Source: Polyangiaceae bacterium
GTDB taxonomy: Bacteria; Myxococcota_A; Polyangia; Polyangiales; Polyangiaceae
NCBI GenBank assembly: GCA_965222375.1
Contig: CBDCTZ010000014.1
Coordinates: 128,001-192,000, forward strand
Direction of reading: 5' to 3'
Length of the DNA stretch: 64,000 bases
The notes under the pieces were generated by a model that worked only from the letters and a program-made list of their open reading frames with translations, did no database searches and was not told the origin of the DNA. The position numbers were made by a program, and so were the translations under genes. Positions 49,156 through 59,191 of the stretch are shown in pieces (the first letter of the stretch is position 1; every line of letters starts with the position of its first letter).

Positions 49156-51189
49156 ATGCCGACTCGTGAAGAGCTGTACGAACGCATTCGGGCATCGTCT
49201 CTAGATGAAGTAGTCGTCGAGGAGATGCAGCGCCTCGGCTTTTGGCCCAGGGAAAGCACGCTGCCCGAAGACCCTGTGGCCGAGATAAAGCGTGTGGGCG
49301 ACCTCGAGCGGGAGCTCGGGCGCCTGCGGCGCGAGCTCTCGCGAGTCGAAGGCGAGGAAAAGCTCAAGGCTCTGCTGCGCAAGCGGCGAATGGAGGCGTC
49401 GCGTGAGCGCCGCAAGTTCACCAAAGAGAAACGCCTGTGGGAGCGCCGCCAGCGGGCCTATGAGTGGCAGCTTCGCAAGCAGAGAGAGCTGCTCTATCTA
49501 GGCGATGGGGTCAGTGCCGGGCTGCACCAGCAGCGCTCCGACGAAGAAGCACTCGTCGCGAACAAGCTGCCCGTGGCACACACCGCCCTGGACTTGTCCA
49601 AGGTCATGGGCGTGGACCTAGGGCACCTGCGCCAGCTGGCGTTCGTTCGGCCTGTCAGCAGGACCACGCACTACGTGCGTTTCGCACTGCCAAAGAAGAG
49701 CGGCGGCACGCGGCTGATTTCAGCCCCAATGCCGAAGCTGAAAGCAGCGCAACGGTGGATTCTGGATCACATCTTGGTTCGGCCGGAGGTCGACGCGGCA
49801 GCGCATGGCTTTTACGCAGGGCGGTCCATTGTGACGAACGCTCGAGTCCACGTGGGCGCAGCCATCGTGGTGAACCTGGACATTGCGGACTTCTTTCCGA
49901 CGCTGACGTATCCGCGAGTCAAGGGGTTGTTCCGCAAGCTGGGTTACTCTGAGCAGATCGCGACAGTGCTTGGGCTCTTGTGTACGGAACCCGAAGTCGC
50001 AGAAGTCGCCCTCGATGGTTCGACCTACTACGTGCAGCAGGGACCTCGATTTCTCCCGCAAGGGTCACCGGCCAGTCCAGCCATCACGAACTTGGTCTGC
50101 CGGCGACTCGACGCTCGCCTCAGCCGGGTCGCGAAGCATTTTGGTTTCACCTACAGCCGCTACGCTGACGACTTCACGTTTTCCACTCAGGACCGAGATG
50201 GCGATGTGGGCAAGCTGCTCGGGGCGGTGCGTCGGATCATTGCGAGCGAGGGGTTCACCATTCACCCCGACAAGACTCGCGTGCAACGTCCGGGAAGGCG
50301 TCAGGAAGTCACGGGTCTCGTGGTCAGCGGTGAAACACCCACGGTGCCTCGCGCCACGCTGCGGCGTTTCCGCGCCTTGCTGCATCAAATCGAGCGCGAT
50401 GGCCCTGAAGGCAAGCAATGGAACCAGGCGGGCGATGTCCTTTCCGCCATCGGTGGGTTCGCGTCGTTCGTGCACATGGTGGACCCTGAAAAGGGCTCGG
50501 CACTGCTCGCACGGGTGGGGCAAATCCGGAAGCGTTTCGGAAAAGCCTCAGAGCCTCCAGCGGAGCCGTCAGGTGTCAGCTGGGAAGTCAGTCGGGCGCG
50601 CTACTTTCCGCCGCTGGTCGCCCCCGCACCGCCAGAGGACGCCAAGCCTACCGAGCCCACAACGCGCGATCCGGAGCGGCCCGCGAGATCGAGTCGGACC
50701 GAACGCAGGCGTGGTGGCGCAAGCCCCTTCATCGGAGGAGTGGGCGCCGACGCGCCGTTCAAGACCAGGGCGTACGCAAAATGCATCGATCTGCTCACGG
50801 TCGCGGGCATCACCTTTGCGCTATCCCACTTCGTCTCTCCAGGGGACGCCACGTTGATCGCCTGGACATGGTTCCTGATCGCAGACTGGGCCGGATCGCC
50901 AGGCAAGGCGCTTCTGAAGCTTCAGACGGTCAGCGGCGACTCCAAGGTCGGGTTCGCCCAATCGGTCAGGCGCAACCTCGCGCCTTGCTTCTACTTCGGT
51001 GCTACCCCATTGGTTGGCGCGCTTTCCGGCCTGGGGCGCCAGGAACTACTCGCCGACTACGCGTTTTCGTTTGGCGTGCTCAGCGCAGCGCGGCTCGGCT
51101 TGCTGCTCTGGGAAGTGCACGGCCTGCGCCGAGACGGTCAGCGACCCAGCGATCGCTGGGCTGGCACGAGAGTCGTGCTGCGCGGGTAG
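49156..51189 (+). CDS. Retron-type reverse transcriptase fused to a C-terminal RDD-like membrane domain
   Basis: PKKSGGTRLISAP, AAHGF, NARVH (NAxxH), LDIADFFP, LPQGSPASP, YADD, QEVTGLVV (VTG); from ~aa 533 RAYAKCID...SPGKALLKLQ...RRN...QRPSDRWAGTRVV. Confidence 0.93.
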   Translation: MPTREELYERIRASSLDEVVVEEMQRLGFWPRESTLPEDPVAEIKRVGDLERELGRLRRELSRVEGEEKLKALLRKRRMEASRERRKFTKEKRLWERRQRAYEWQLRKQRELLYLGDGVSAGLHQQRSDEEALVANKLPVAHTALDLSKVMGVDLGHLRQLAFVRPVSRTTHYVRFALPKKSGGTRLISAPMPKLKAAQRWILDHILVRPEVDAAAHGFYAGRSIVTNARVHVGAAIVVNLDIADFFPTLTYPRVKGLFRKLGYSEQIATVLGLLCTEPEVAEVALDGSTYYVQQGPRFLPQGSPASPAITNLVCRRLDARLSRVAKHFGFTYSRYADDFTFSTQDRDGDVGKLLGAVRRIIASEGFTIHPDKTRVQRPGRRQEVTGLVVSGETPTVPRATLRRFRALLHQIERDGPEGKQWNQAGDVLSAIGGFASFVHMVDPEKGSALLARVGQIRKRFGKASEPPAEPSGVSWEVSRARYFPPLVAPAPPEDAKPTEPTTRDPERPARSSRTERRRGGASPFIGGVGADAPFKTRAYAKCIDLLTVAGITFALSHFVSPGDATLIAWTWFLIADWAGSPGKALLKLQTVSGDSKVGFAQSVRRNLAPCFYFGATPLVGALSGLGRQELLADYAFSFGVLSAARLGLLLWEVHGLRRDGQRPSDRWAGTRVVLRG

Positions 51190-51275
51190 GGCACGGCTGA
51201 TCCTTTTGCAGTAGCGGGCAGGATGGCGCAGCGCAGCCGGGTGTCGCACCGGGAGAGATCGGACGCCTTTCATCC

Positions 51276-51390
51276 CGGCTGATTGTAAGGTTTGTGCTCG
51301 GCCAATTGAAAGGTTGGACGTCGGCTGATTGTAAGGTTTGTGCTCGGCCAATTGAAAGGTTGGACGTCGGCCAATTGAAAGGTTGGGGCG
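51276..51390 (+). repeat. Five tandem 23-bp units in order A-B-A-B-B'
   Basis: A=CGGCTGATTGTAAGGTTTGTGCT, B=CGGCCAATTGAAAGGTTGGACGT. Confidence 0.92.
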
Positions 51391-51456
51391 CTGTCTGGCG
51401 TCGCGCCCGCTAAAATGTCTTATAGTTGATATTAGTGATAGACAGGACATATCGGC

Positions 51457-51897
51457 TTGTCACGATTCGTCACCCCGCGGGATCGAGCGCTCGTCCTGTA
51501 TCGCGGAAACCTGGAGCGCTTGGTGGTTCCGTTTTCGTGGTTCAAGACGGTACCGAAAGGGCCGCGTCCAGACTTCTCGCGGTCTTGCGTTGCGGACTTC
51601 GGGCAGACGATCGCTCTTGGGGAGTACGAGGCTGCCGTGGACGCCGTGTTGTTCGAGTTTGACGCGGACGCTCGACGGCGCATGAAGGATCGCGAGATTG
51701 CTCAGGATGATTCTTTTGGTGGTGCGCTGAGGCGACGGCGATTGGAGCTTGGCCTTTCACGTTCGGACTTCGCACCGTTGCGGGCGAAGACCATTGCGAG
51801 GATCGAGCGAGGGGAGGTCGCGGAGCCTCACGGGGCTACGATGGACGTGATTGCGCAACGGCTCGGCGTTAGTGCGGATGAGATTGGGTCGTACTGA
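51457..51897 (+). CDS. XRE-HTH protein with DUF2442-like N-terminal part (possibly 5'-truncated)
   Basis: FGGALRRRRLELGLSRSDFAPLRAKTIARIERGE HTH; LVVPFSWF / DFGQTIALG segment; TTG start. Confidence 0.65.
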   Translation: MSRFVTPRDRALVLYRGNLERLVVPFSWFKTVPKGPRPDFSRSCVADFGQTIALGEYEAAVDAVLFEFDADARRRMKDREIAQDDSFGGALRRRRLELGLSRSDFAPLRAKTIARIERGEVAEPHGATMDVIAQRLGVSADEIGSY

Positions 51898-51930
51898 CGC
51901 CCCAAAAGCGTGCACCCAGAAAACCGCCAC

Positions 51931-52734
51931 TCACAATGCGGCGCCCAGGGAGAGGCCGAGGAAGAACAAGGTGGGCTTGGAGCCGGAGCAATCGATTTCG
52001 CTCCTTCGCGCTTCGACGCACACATCACGCTGGTTCAGGGGTTCGCCGAGGCCCATGTAGAAGTGCGCGTTGAAGCCGGTGGCCGCGCGCAGCTCTATCG
52101 CGGGGCTGACGTTGACCCAGTGTGCAAAGTCCCAACGCTTGGTGTCGTAGTCACCCAAGTAGCAGGCCTTGCAACTCCTCCACTCGTACGGGCCACCGGA
52201 CCAGCTCAACTCAAAGCTGAGCGCCATCGAGAGAAACGGAATCCGCGCACGCACGCTCGCGGCTGCCTGCCCTCCTTCGGCCCCCATGCCACCGCCAACT
52301 ACAAAACCGAAGTACCTGGCTAAGTCATGCTCATACGCAACCCCCAAGAATCCGTACGGCGTCCCGAGTCCAAGATGCACCTCGAGCAGGTTGTTCCGGT
52401 CCCAGCGATTCGGTTGTTCCTCCTGCTCAGGCGCAGGCCGATCAGGGTTCCTCGGCGCGTAGTAGCCGCCCGGTGGAAACCAGGGGCTGTAGCCCGTGGG
52501 CGCGTTTCTGTTGCCGGACCCTGCCGCGGGCGGAGCCACCACTGCGTTGGGTGGTGGGCCTGGAGCCGGGCCAGGCACGGCCGTCGGTGGGTCGAGCGAG
52601 TTCGGCTTCGAGGACTCCGCCACCGGTGGGAACGCGCGCGTCGGCGGTGGTGTGTCTTCTGCGCGCGCCGATCCCGCCACGGTGAGGCACACCAGCCACG
52701 CATAAAGCACCCAGGGGCGCTCGAAGTCACCCAT
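51931..52734 (-). CDS. Putative outer-membrane protein with Pro-rich linker
   Basis: Signal peptide, Pro-rich stretch, beta strands ending LGLSLGAAL. Confidence 0.6.
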   Translation of the reverse strand: MGDFERPWVLYAWLVCLTVAGSARAEDTPPPTRAFPPVAESSKPNSLDPPTAVPGPAPGPPPNAVVAPPAAGSGNRNAPTGYSPWFPPGGYYAPRNPDRPAPEQEEQPNRWDRNNLLEVHLGLGTPYGFLGVAYEHDLARYFGFVVGGGMGAEGGQAAASVRARIPFLSMALSFELSWSGGPYEWRSCKACYLGDYDTKRWDFAHWVNVSPAIELRAATGFNAHFYMGLGEPLNQRDVCVEARRSEIDCSGSKPTLFFLGLSLGAAL

Positions 52735-52823
52735 CGCTCGCTGGACAAGGCCCAGCGCTGTGTCGCGAAAACTCCAGATGCACCGTCTGCCATCGGCGTC
52801 GCCGGAACGATGTAGCGGGCGGG

Positions 52824-53711
52824 TCATGTAGAACACAGCTTTGGTGAGTCCACGCTGATCCGGGTTTCGTTCACGCAGAGGGTCATCGCCTGGCCGACGC
52901 ATTGGGGGAGCGCCTGTACGCCATTGATGCAGCGCGCGTCTGGGGGGCCGTAGTCGCAGCGGGCCTTGTCGTCTTCTTCGACGCACGTGCCGCCGAGGGC
53001 CGCGCAGTCGTGATAACGAACTTGGCTCGAGACGTCGCATGCCAGGCGAATGTTGCCGTCGCAGTGACTCCCGCGCTGGCGGGAAACTGGGTCGCAGACG
53101 GACAGGGTGCGGTCCGTACAACCCGTCTGGCTCTGAGGGGAGCACTGGGCGAACGCCCGAGAGCAGTCCCGCTGCAACGTCTCGAAGCCGTGCTTCAGTG
53201 TCGCGGTGTCGCCTTTGCAGCTCACGTCGTACGGGCCGCCAGCCACGAGCTTGCAGCCGTCCGAATCGCATTCGATGTTTTCCGGACGCGCCGTGACACA
53301 ACTTTGCACTGCGGCGCAGTCAGTTGCCTCGAGGGCGCACTTCACGAAGAACTCAGCACGCTCACTTCGAGGGGTGAACAGGCTGAGCGGAACCGCCAGT
53401 TCGGCAGAGACTGCTGCGTCGCCGACGCAAAACAACAGAACGAACTGCAACGAGACCATGCTGTACCCATCCGGAAACAGACACTCGGCGAAGCGCACGC
53501 ATGCCTGAGCAATTTGCTTGGCCGACAGCGGCGGCATTCCCGCGGGCCTGTCGGGCCACGCCTCCTGGGCGTTGCTCGCCACGGGCCCGATGGCGGTCGC
53601 TGGTCGATCACGGAATGGGGGTAGGTCTTTGGGAACGGGGTCCGCGCGACACGCAAGCGTAGCGAGTGCGATCGCGATGGGAAGCGCGAGACGGGCGCTC
53701 GTGCGCTGCAT
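52824..53711 (-). CDS. Cys-rich lipoprotein
   Basis: Lipobox TLAC and many cysteines. Confidence 0.7.
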   Translation of the reverse strand: MQRTSARLALPIAIALATLACRADPVPKDLPPFRDRPATAIGPVASNAQEAWPDRPAGMPPLSAKQIAQACVRFAECLFPDGYSMVSLQFVLLFCVGDAAVSAELAVPLSLFTPRSERAEFFVKCALEATDCAAVQSCVTARPENIECDSDGCKLVAGGPYDVSCKGDTATLKHGFETLQRDCSRAFAQCSPQSQTGCTDRTLSVCDPVSRQRGSHCDGNIRLACDVSSQVRYHDCAALGGTCVEEDDKARCDYGPPDARCINGVQALPQCVGQAMTLCVNETRISVDSPKLCST

Positions 53712-53931
53712 GTGCGTTGCTAGTGCACCTGGCGTGCCATCGGACGGCGAGGTGGCGGCTGCACTTCGTGTTCGGGGAATGCGGGGTGTCGGCGCAGGCG
53801 ACGCCGAGTGCGGGTGTTGCGGTCCGGCTACAGCGCGAGGGTTCAGATGTGTGCGGCGGGGGCACTGCGCGCTGGTACACGTTGTTCAGGAGCGCGGGGC
53901 GGCAGGCAGCCGCTGCGCCTGAATGCTACGG

Positions 53932-54991
53932 TTGTTTCGTGAGCTGGGGGTGGCTGAGCTGGGTGTTTAGGGGGGCCGTGGGGGTTGGGCTGGTGGCCGG
54001 TGGTGCGGGGGATGCGCCTGTGCCGGAAGCGCAGGTGCCGGAGGTGCAACTGCTGGGCAACTGGATGATTGGCGCCACGCAACGCGCCAAAGCGTGCCTG
54101 CGTGGCGAGTTGCCCTCCCGATTCGACGCGTCGAAGTACCCAGCGGTTCGTGCTGCGGTCAGAAAGTGCCTGGGGGACGGTCCCTTTGCGATCGACGCTT
54201 CGGGCGTTCGGCAGCTCCGATTCGGAAAGGAGACGCGGACCGGTCGAGTCGTGGAGTTGCTCGTGACATGTGGGGACCTGTGTCCTCACTACACCCAGGC
54301 CAACGTCGCCTACGAGGGCATACGCAGCTTGCGAGAGTGCCTGTGTATCGGCGGTTCGTACTTCGGAGGTTGCGCGCCCAGTCACGAGCCGAGGGCTGTT
54401 CGAGACGTTCATGTAAAGCGGCATTGGGACGGCAAGGAGATCTCTTATCGGATGTATGGTGGAGTCAGGGCCTCTCGAGGCGAACAGTACGGGTTGCATC
54501 AGGGCTGGGCGCTGCTTGAGGTAGACGGTCACAAGATGATGAGTGCGGCGCACGGGCAAGAAGCACTTGATTGGATGCCCGTGCGCCCACCGAAGTCGTT
54601 GTTGATTGCCTCTCCGCGTTCGGACCGGCCACCTCGTGAGGTGCACTACGTGCCGTGGCACACGATCGAGTACCTCCGCACGGAGGTGAGCAGGTTCGGT
54701 CCACCGTTTCCACGCGCACGATACTGCAGCAAGAACCGCACGGCCGGCGTGGGCGTAGACGGACTCGACGTCATGGGGCTCGATCAGACATGTCGTGACG
54801 AGGACACGAAGGCCCGCCTGCGCCTTGCGCGCTCGATACGACGGGAGGCGAGAAATCCGAGCAGCGGCTCCAAAAAGTTCCCGGGTTGCGATGCCATGGC
54901 GGGCCTCGCAATGGCCTACTCGGCGACTCTTGGCGGGTTAACCGTTGAGGCGCGCTACGTGGGCTGGCTGCCCGCGCGCGGGGGGTGGTGA
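53932..54991 (+). CDS. Hypothetical protein, start uncertain
   Basis: Long ORF with hydrophobic segment and CGDLCP motif. Confidence 0.4.
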
Positions 54992-55018
54992 CCCGGACTT
55001 CTTCCACGAGCTGACTCC

Positions 55019-55444
55019 CTACTTCGGCTGCAACTCGAAGGTTAGCGACACGAGTTTGGCGGGCGTGGCGCAGTGGCCTACGAAGCGTAGGTACACGTCC
55101 TGGCTTTGAAGGGTGTAGCCGGGAGCTAGCGCTTCCACTTTGTAGGTCGTGCTGGGAGGGTCTGCGCCCGTGGAGATCTTGCCGCAGGCCCAGGGCTGTC
55201 TGATCTCCGAGCTCTTGCCGTTGCCGGTGAGGCACAGGAAGGCGTCGCAAATCGGCTCTCCGGTTGAGGCGTCGTTGATAGTGACGGCCAAGGACTTCCG
55301 GGCCCCGCCCGCGCAGTCCGGATCTGAGCAACCCGCCGCGGCTACGAGGAGCGCAATCGTGCAGCTGGCCAGCCAACGTCGCGGGGTCGGCTGAACGCGC
55401 GCCTGGCGGCTATTCATCGCCTCGGCGTGCGAGGTTGTCCTCAC
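55019..55444 (-). CDS. Small lipoprotein with Ig-like segment
   Basis: Lipobox AAGC; YKVEALAPGY. Confidence 0.6.
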   Translation of the reverse strand: MRTTSHAEAMNSRQARVQPTPRRWLASCTIALLVAAAGCSDPDCAGGARKSLAVTINDASTGEPICDAFLCLTGNGKSSEIRQPWACGKISTGADPPSTTYKVEALAPGYTLQSQDVYLRFVGHCATPAKLVSLTFELQPK

Positions 55445-55469
55445 TTGCGAGCCTTGCGCGGTTGACGAT

Positions 55470-55489
55470 TGGTGTCAATATTGACACCA
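55470..55489. promoter_or_regulatory. Perfect 20-bp palindromic operator of the hicAB-like operon
   Basis: TGGTGTCAATATTGACACCA, just after a TTGACG -35 box and 6 bp before the start codon. Confidence 0.75.
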
Positions 55490-55495
55490 TGAGCT

Positions 55496-55861
55496 GTGGC
55501 GAGCATCGACGACATTCTCCAAGAGATGCGGAGCAATCCTGATGGCGTTCGGTTTACCGACGCGTGCAAGGTGGTGACGAGCTATTTCGGCGAACCAAGG
55601 CAGGGCGGGACGAGCCACAAGGTCTGGAAGATGCCTTGGGCAGGCGACCCTCGGGTCAACATGCAACGGGGCAAGGCTGGGAAGGCCAAAGCATACCAAG
55701 TACGCCAAGCCGTCCAGGCCATCGACAGGCTGGTTGCGGAGCGCGCGGCCAGGGCCGCCGCCAAGGTAGCCGATGACGCGGGGACCGGCTTCAAGACGAA
55801 GAAGGGCAAAGCCACAGGAACCAAGGCGAAGACCAAGAGTAGAAAGAACAGTCGGAGATAA
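55496..55861 (+). CDS. hicA: HicA-like toxin
   Basis: NPDGVRFTD...FGEPRQGGTSHKVWKMPWAGDPRVNMQ..KAKAYQVRQ. Confidence 0.82.
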   Translation: MASIDDILQEMRSNPDGVRFTDACKVVTSYFGEPRQGGTSHKVWKMPWAGDPRVNMQRGKAGKAKAYQVRQAVQAIDRLVAERAARAAAKVADDAGTGFKTKKGKATGTKAKTKSRKNSRR

Positions 55862-55864
55862 TCG

Positions 55865-56203
55865 ATGTCCAAGAAGGTGCCTTTGAGCAAGAAGTATATG
55901 TACCGCGTGGTGTGGTCCGGGGAAGACGGCGAGTTCGTTGGGCTCTGCGGTGAGTTCCCGAGTCTGAGCTGGCTTGCGGGATCTCCCGAGGCTGCGCTGA
56001 AGGGGATCATGAAGGTGGTGGCTGATGTCGTCGCCGAAATGCAGGCAAACGATGAGTCGCCTCCGACGCCCATCGCTACCCGCGAGTACAGCGGGGAGTT
56101 CAAGCTTCGGGTCCCGCCGGTGCTGCACCGTGCGCTCGTGATGGAGGCCGCCGAAAACAACGTCTCCCTCAACCGGCTCGTGAACGCGAAGCTGACAACG
56201 TGA
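55865..56203 (+). CDS. hicB: HicB-like antitoxin
   Basis: YRVVWSGEDGEFVGLCGEFPSLSW; YSGEFKLRVPPVLHRAL..VSLNRLV RHH domain. Confidence 0.88.
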   Translation: MSKKVPLSKKYMYRVVWSGEDGEFVGLCGEFPSLSWLAGSPEAALKGIMKVVADVVAEMQANDESPPTPIATREYSGEFKLRVPPVLHRALVMEAAENNVSLNRLVNAKLTT

Positions 56204-56220
56204 CCCTGCGTTCCCCGGGG

Positions 56221-56289
56221 CCTATCTCGAGAGTAGGGGCCCAATGCCGCAACGTGAACCGACCCCAAAACAAACGAGGAGCTAGGCGC
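56221..56289 (+). repeat. 69-bp imperfect direct repeat, copy 2
   Basis: Matches 31562-31630; lies ~40 bp beyond the guaB stop. Confidence 0.85.
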
Positions 56290-56327
56290 GATGGTTGGCG
56301 GGCCGTTCCGTGAAGGCGGCCGAGGGG

Positions 56328-57887
<1,560 letters not shown>

Positions 57888-57952
57888 TTACCGTGGCGTG
57901 CCCCACGCCAGGCTCTCGTGCTACAACATCGCCGGCTCGAGGAGAGGAAAAT

Positions 57953-59191
57953 ATGAGGCGAAGTGCGCTCGCAGCAGCGGTCTTGCCCGCGCTGACCAGC
58001 TTGGCGTGTGGCGGCGTTCCGGACGATTCGGAACCAGTGAACGAGACCCAAGGGCACATCGTTGGCGGCAACGTCGACGATACGGACAAAGCGGTCGTGG
58101 GCCTCGCGTTCAGTGGCGCTGACCTCGGGTTTCCGTTCTTTTCCGGACACTGCTCGGGCACCTTGATTGCTCCGAACCTGGTGTTGACGGCCCGACATTG
58201 CATTGCGCTCACCTCGGGAGGCGGACCGTCGGGTGGCGTCATCTGTGGGCAGACCAACTTCAGCCAGCAGGGCACCGGCAACTTGTTCCGAGTGACCACT
58301 GAAACCGTGCGCCCCAACCAAGACGGCCCGTCCTTCTATAAAGGTGTAGGCGCCGTCGTGGTGCCGGAGAATTCGACGGACATCTGTGGCAACGACATCG
58401 CGCTGATCATTCTCGAAGGGGAGGGCATTCCCGAGAGTGTCACCAAGCCCATCATTCCGCGGATCGACAAGCCCGCGGGACCGCCAGAGGTGTATGCGGC
58501 CGTCGGTTACGGCCTGACGGATCCGAACAACGACCAATCCAGCGGCACGCGCATGCGTTTGGATGGCAATACGGTCAGCTGCAAGGGTACGTCATCGTGC
58601 CTGCCGGTGTTTGGCGGCAGCCAGGTGAAAGACACGGAGTGGATGGGCGATAGCCGCACCTGTCCCGGGGATTCCGGCGGTCCGGCCCTCGACGAGCAGG
58701 GGCGAGTCATTGGCGTTCTGTCGCGGGGTCCGCAGGGTTGCATTTCGAGCGTGTACGGCGATGTTGGTTCCTGGAAAGATCTGATCATCAACACGGCCCT
58801 CGAAGCGGCGAAGTCCGGCGGTTACGAGCCGCCGTTCTGGGCCACCTCCGGTTCGAGCATTCCTCCTGTCGAGCCGGATGCCGGCGCCGACGCGGGCGGG
58901 CCGCTCGGCGAGTCGTGCACGGGCGCGTGTGCCAATGGCTACCAATGTTACAGCTCTGGCGGTCCGACGGGCGTTTGCGTACCGACCTGCGATCCCACCA
59001 GTGCATGCCCGTCGGGCTACACCTGCGATGGCAAGCTTTCGGTGTGTACGCCGGACTCGAATACGAAGGGCACGAGCGACAGCGGGGACAGCGGTGGCTG
59101 CGCGGTGGCGGGGCCGGTGCGCCCAGTGCCGTGGGGCTGGGGCGCAGCGATGCTGGGTCTGCTCCTGCTCCGTCGCCGACGTAGGCCGTGA
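57953..59191 (+). CDS. Trypsin-like (S1) serine protease with MYXO-CTERM-like tail
   Basis: IVGG, LTARHC, DIAL, GDSGGP; C-terminal GGCAVA...LLLLRRRRRP. Confidence 0.92.
   Translation: MRRSALAAAVLPALTSLACGGVPDDSEPVNETQGHIVGGNVDDTDKAVVGLAFSGADLGFPFFSGHCSGTLIAPNLVLTARHCIALTSGGGPSGGVICGQTNFSQQGTGNLFRVTTETVRPNQDGPSFYKGVGAVVVPENSTDICGNDIALIILEGEGIPESVTKPIIPRIDKPAGPPEVYAAVGYGLTDPNNDQSSGTRMRLDGNTVSCKGTSSCLPVFGGSQVKDTEWMGDSRTCPGDSGGPALDEQGRVIGVLSRGPQGCISSVYGDVGSWKDLIINTALEAAKSGGYEPPFWATSGSSIPPVEPDAGADAGGPLGESCTGACANGYQCYSSGGPTGVCVPTCDPTSACPSGYTCDGKLSVCTPDSNTKGTSDSGDSGGCAVAGPVRPVPWGWGAAMLGLLLLRRRRRP

Noticed and set aside
49156..51189. Group II intron or DGR reverse transcriptase
   Set aside because: It has the retron NAxxH and VTG motifs and an upstream a1/a2 ncRNA; I saw no maturase or HNH domain and no TR/VR pair.
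51276..51390. CRISPR array
   Set aside because: Units are contiguous with no unique spacers, and no cas genes are in the window.
51413..51443. dif/Xer site in the AT-rich tract
   Set aside because: The right arm (TTAGTGATAGA) is a poor match to the conserved XerD arm TTATGTTAAAT.
52735..53301. 5' extension of ORF 51931-53301
   Set aside because: Overlaps the Cys-rich lipoprotein in another frame; the real start is probably 52734.
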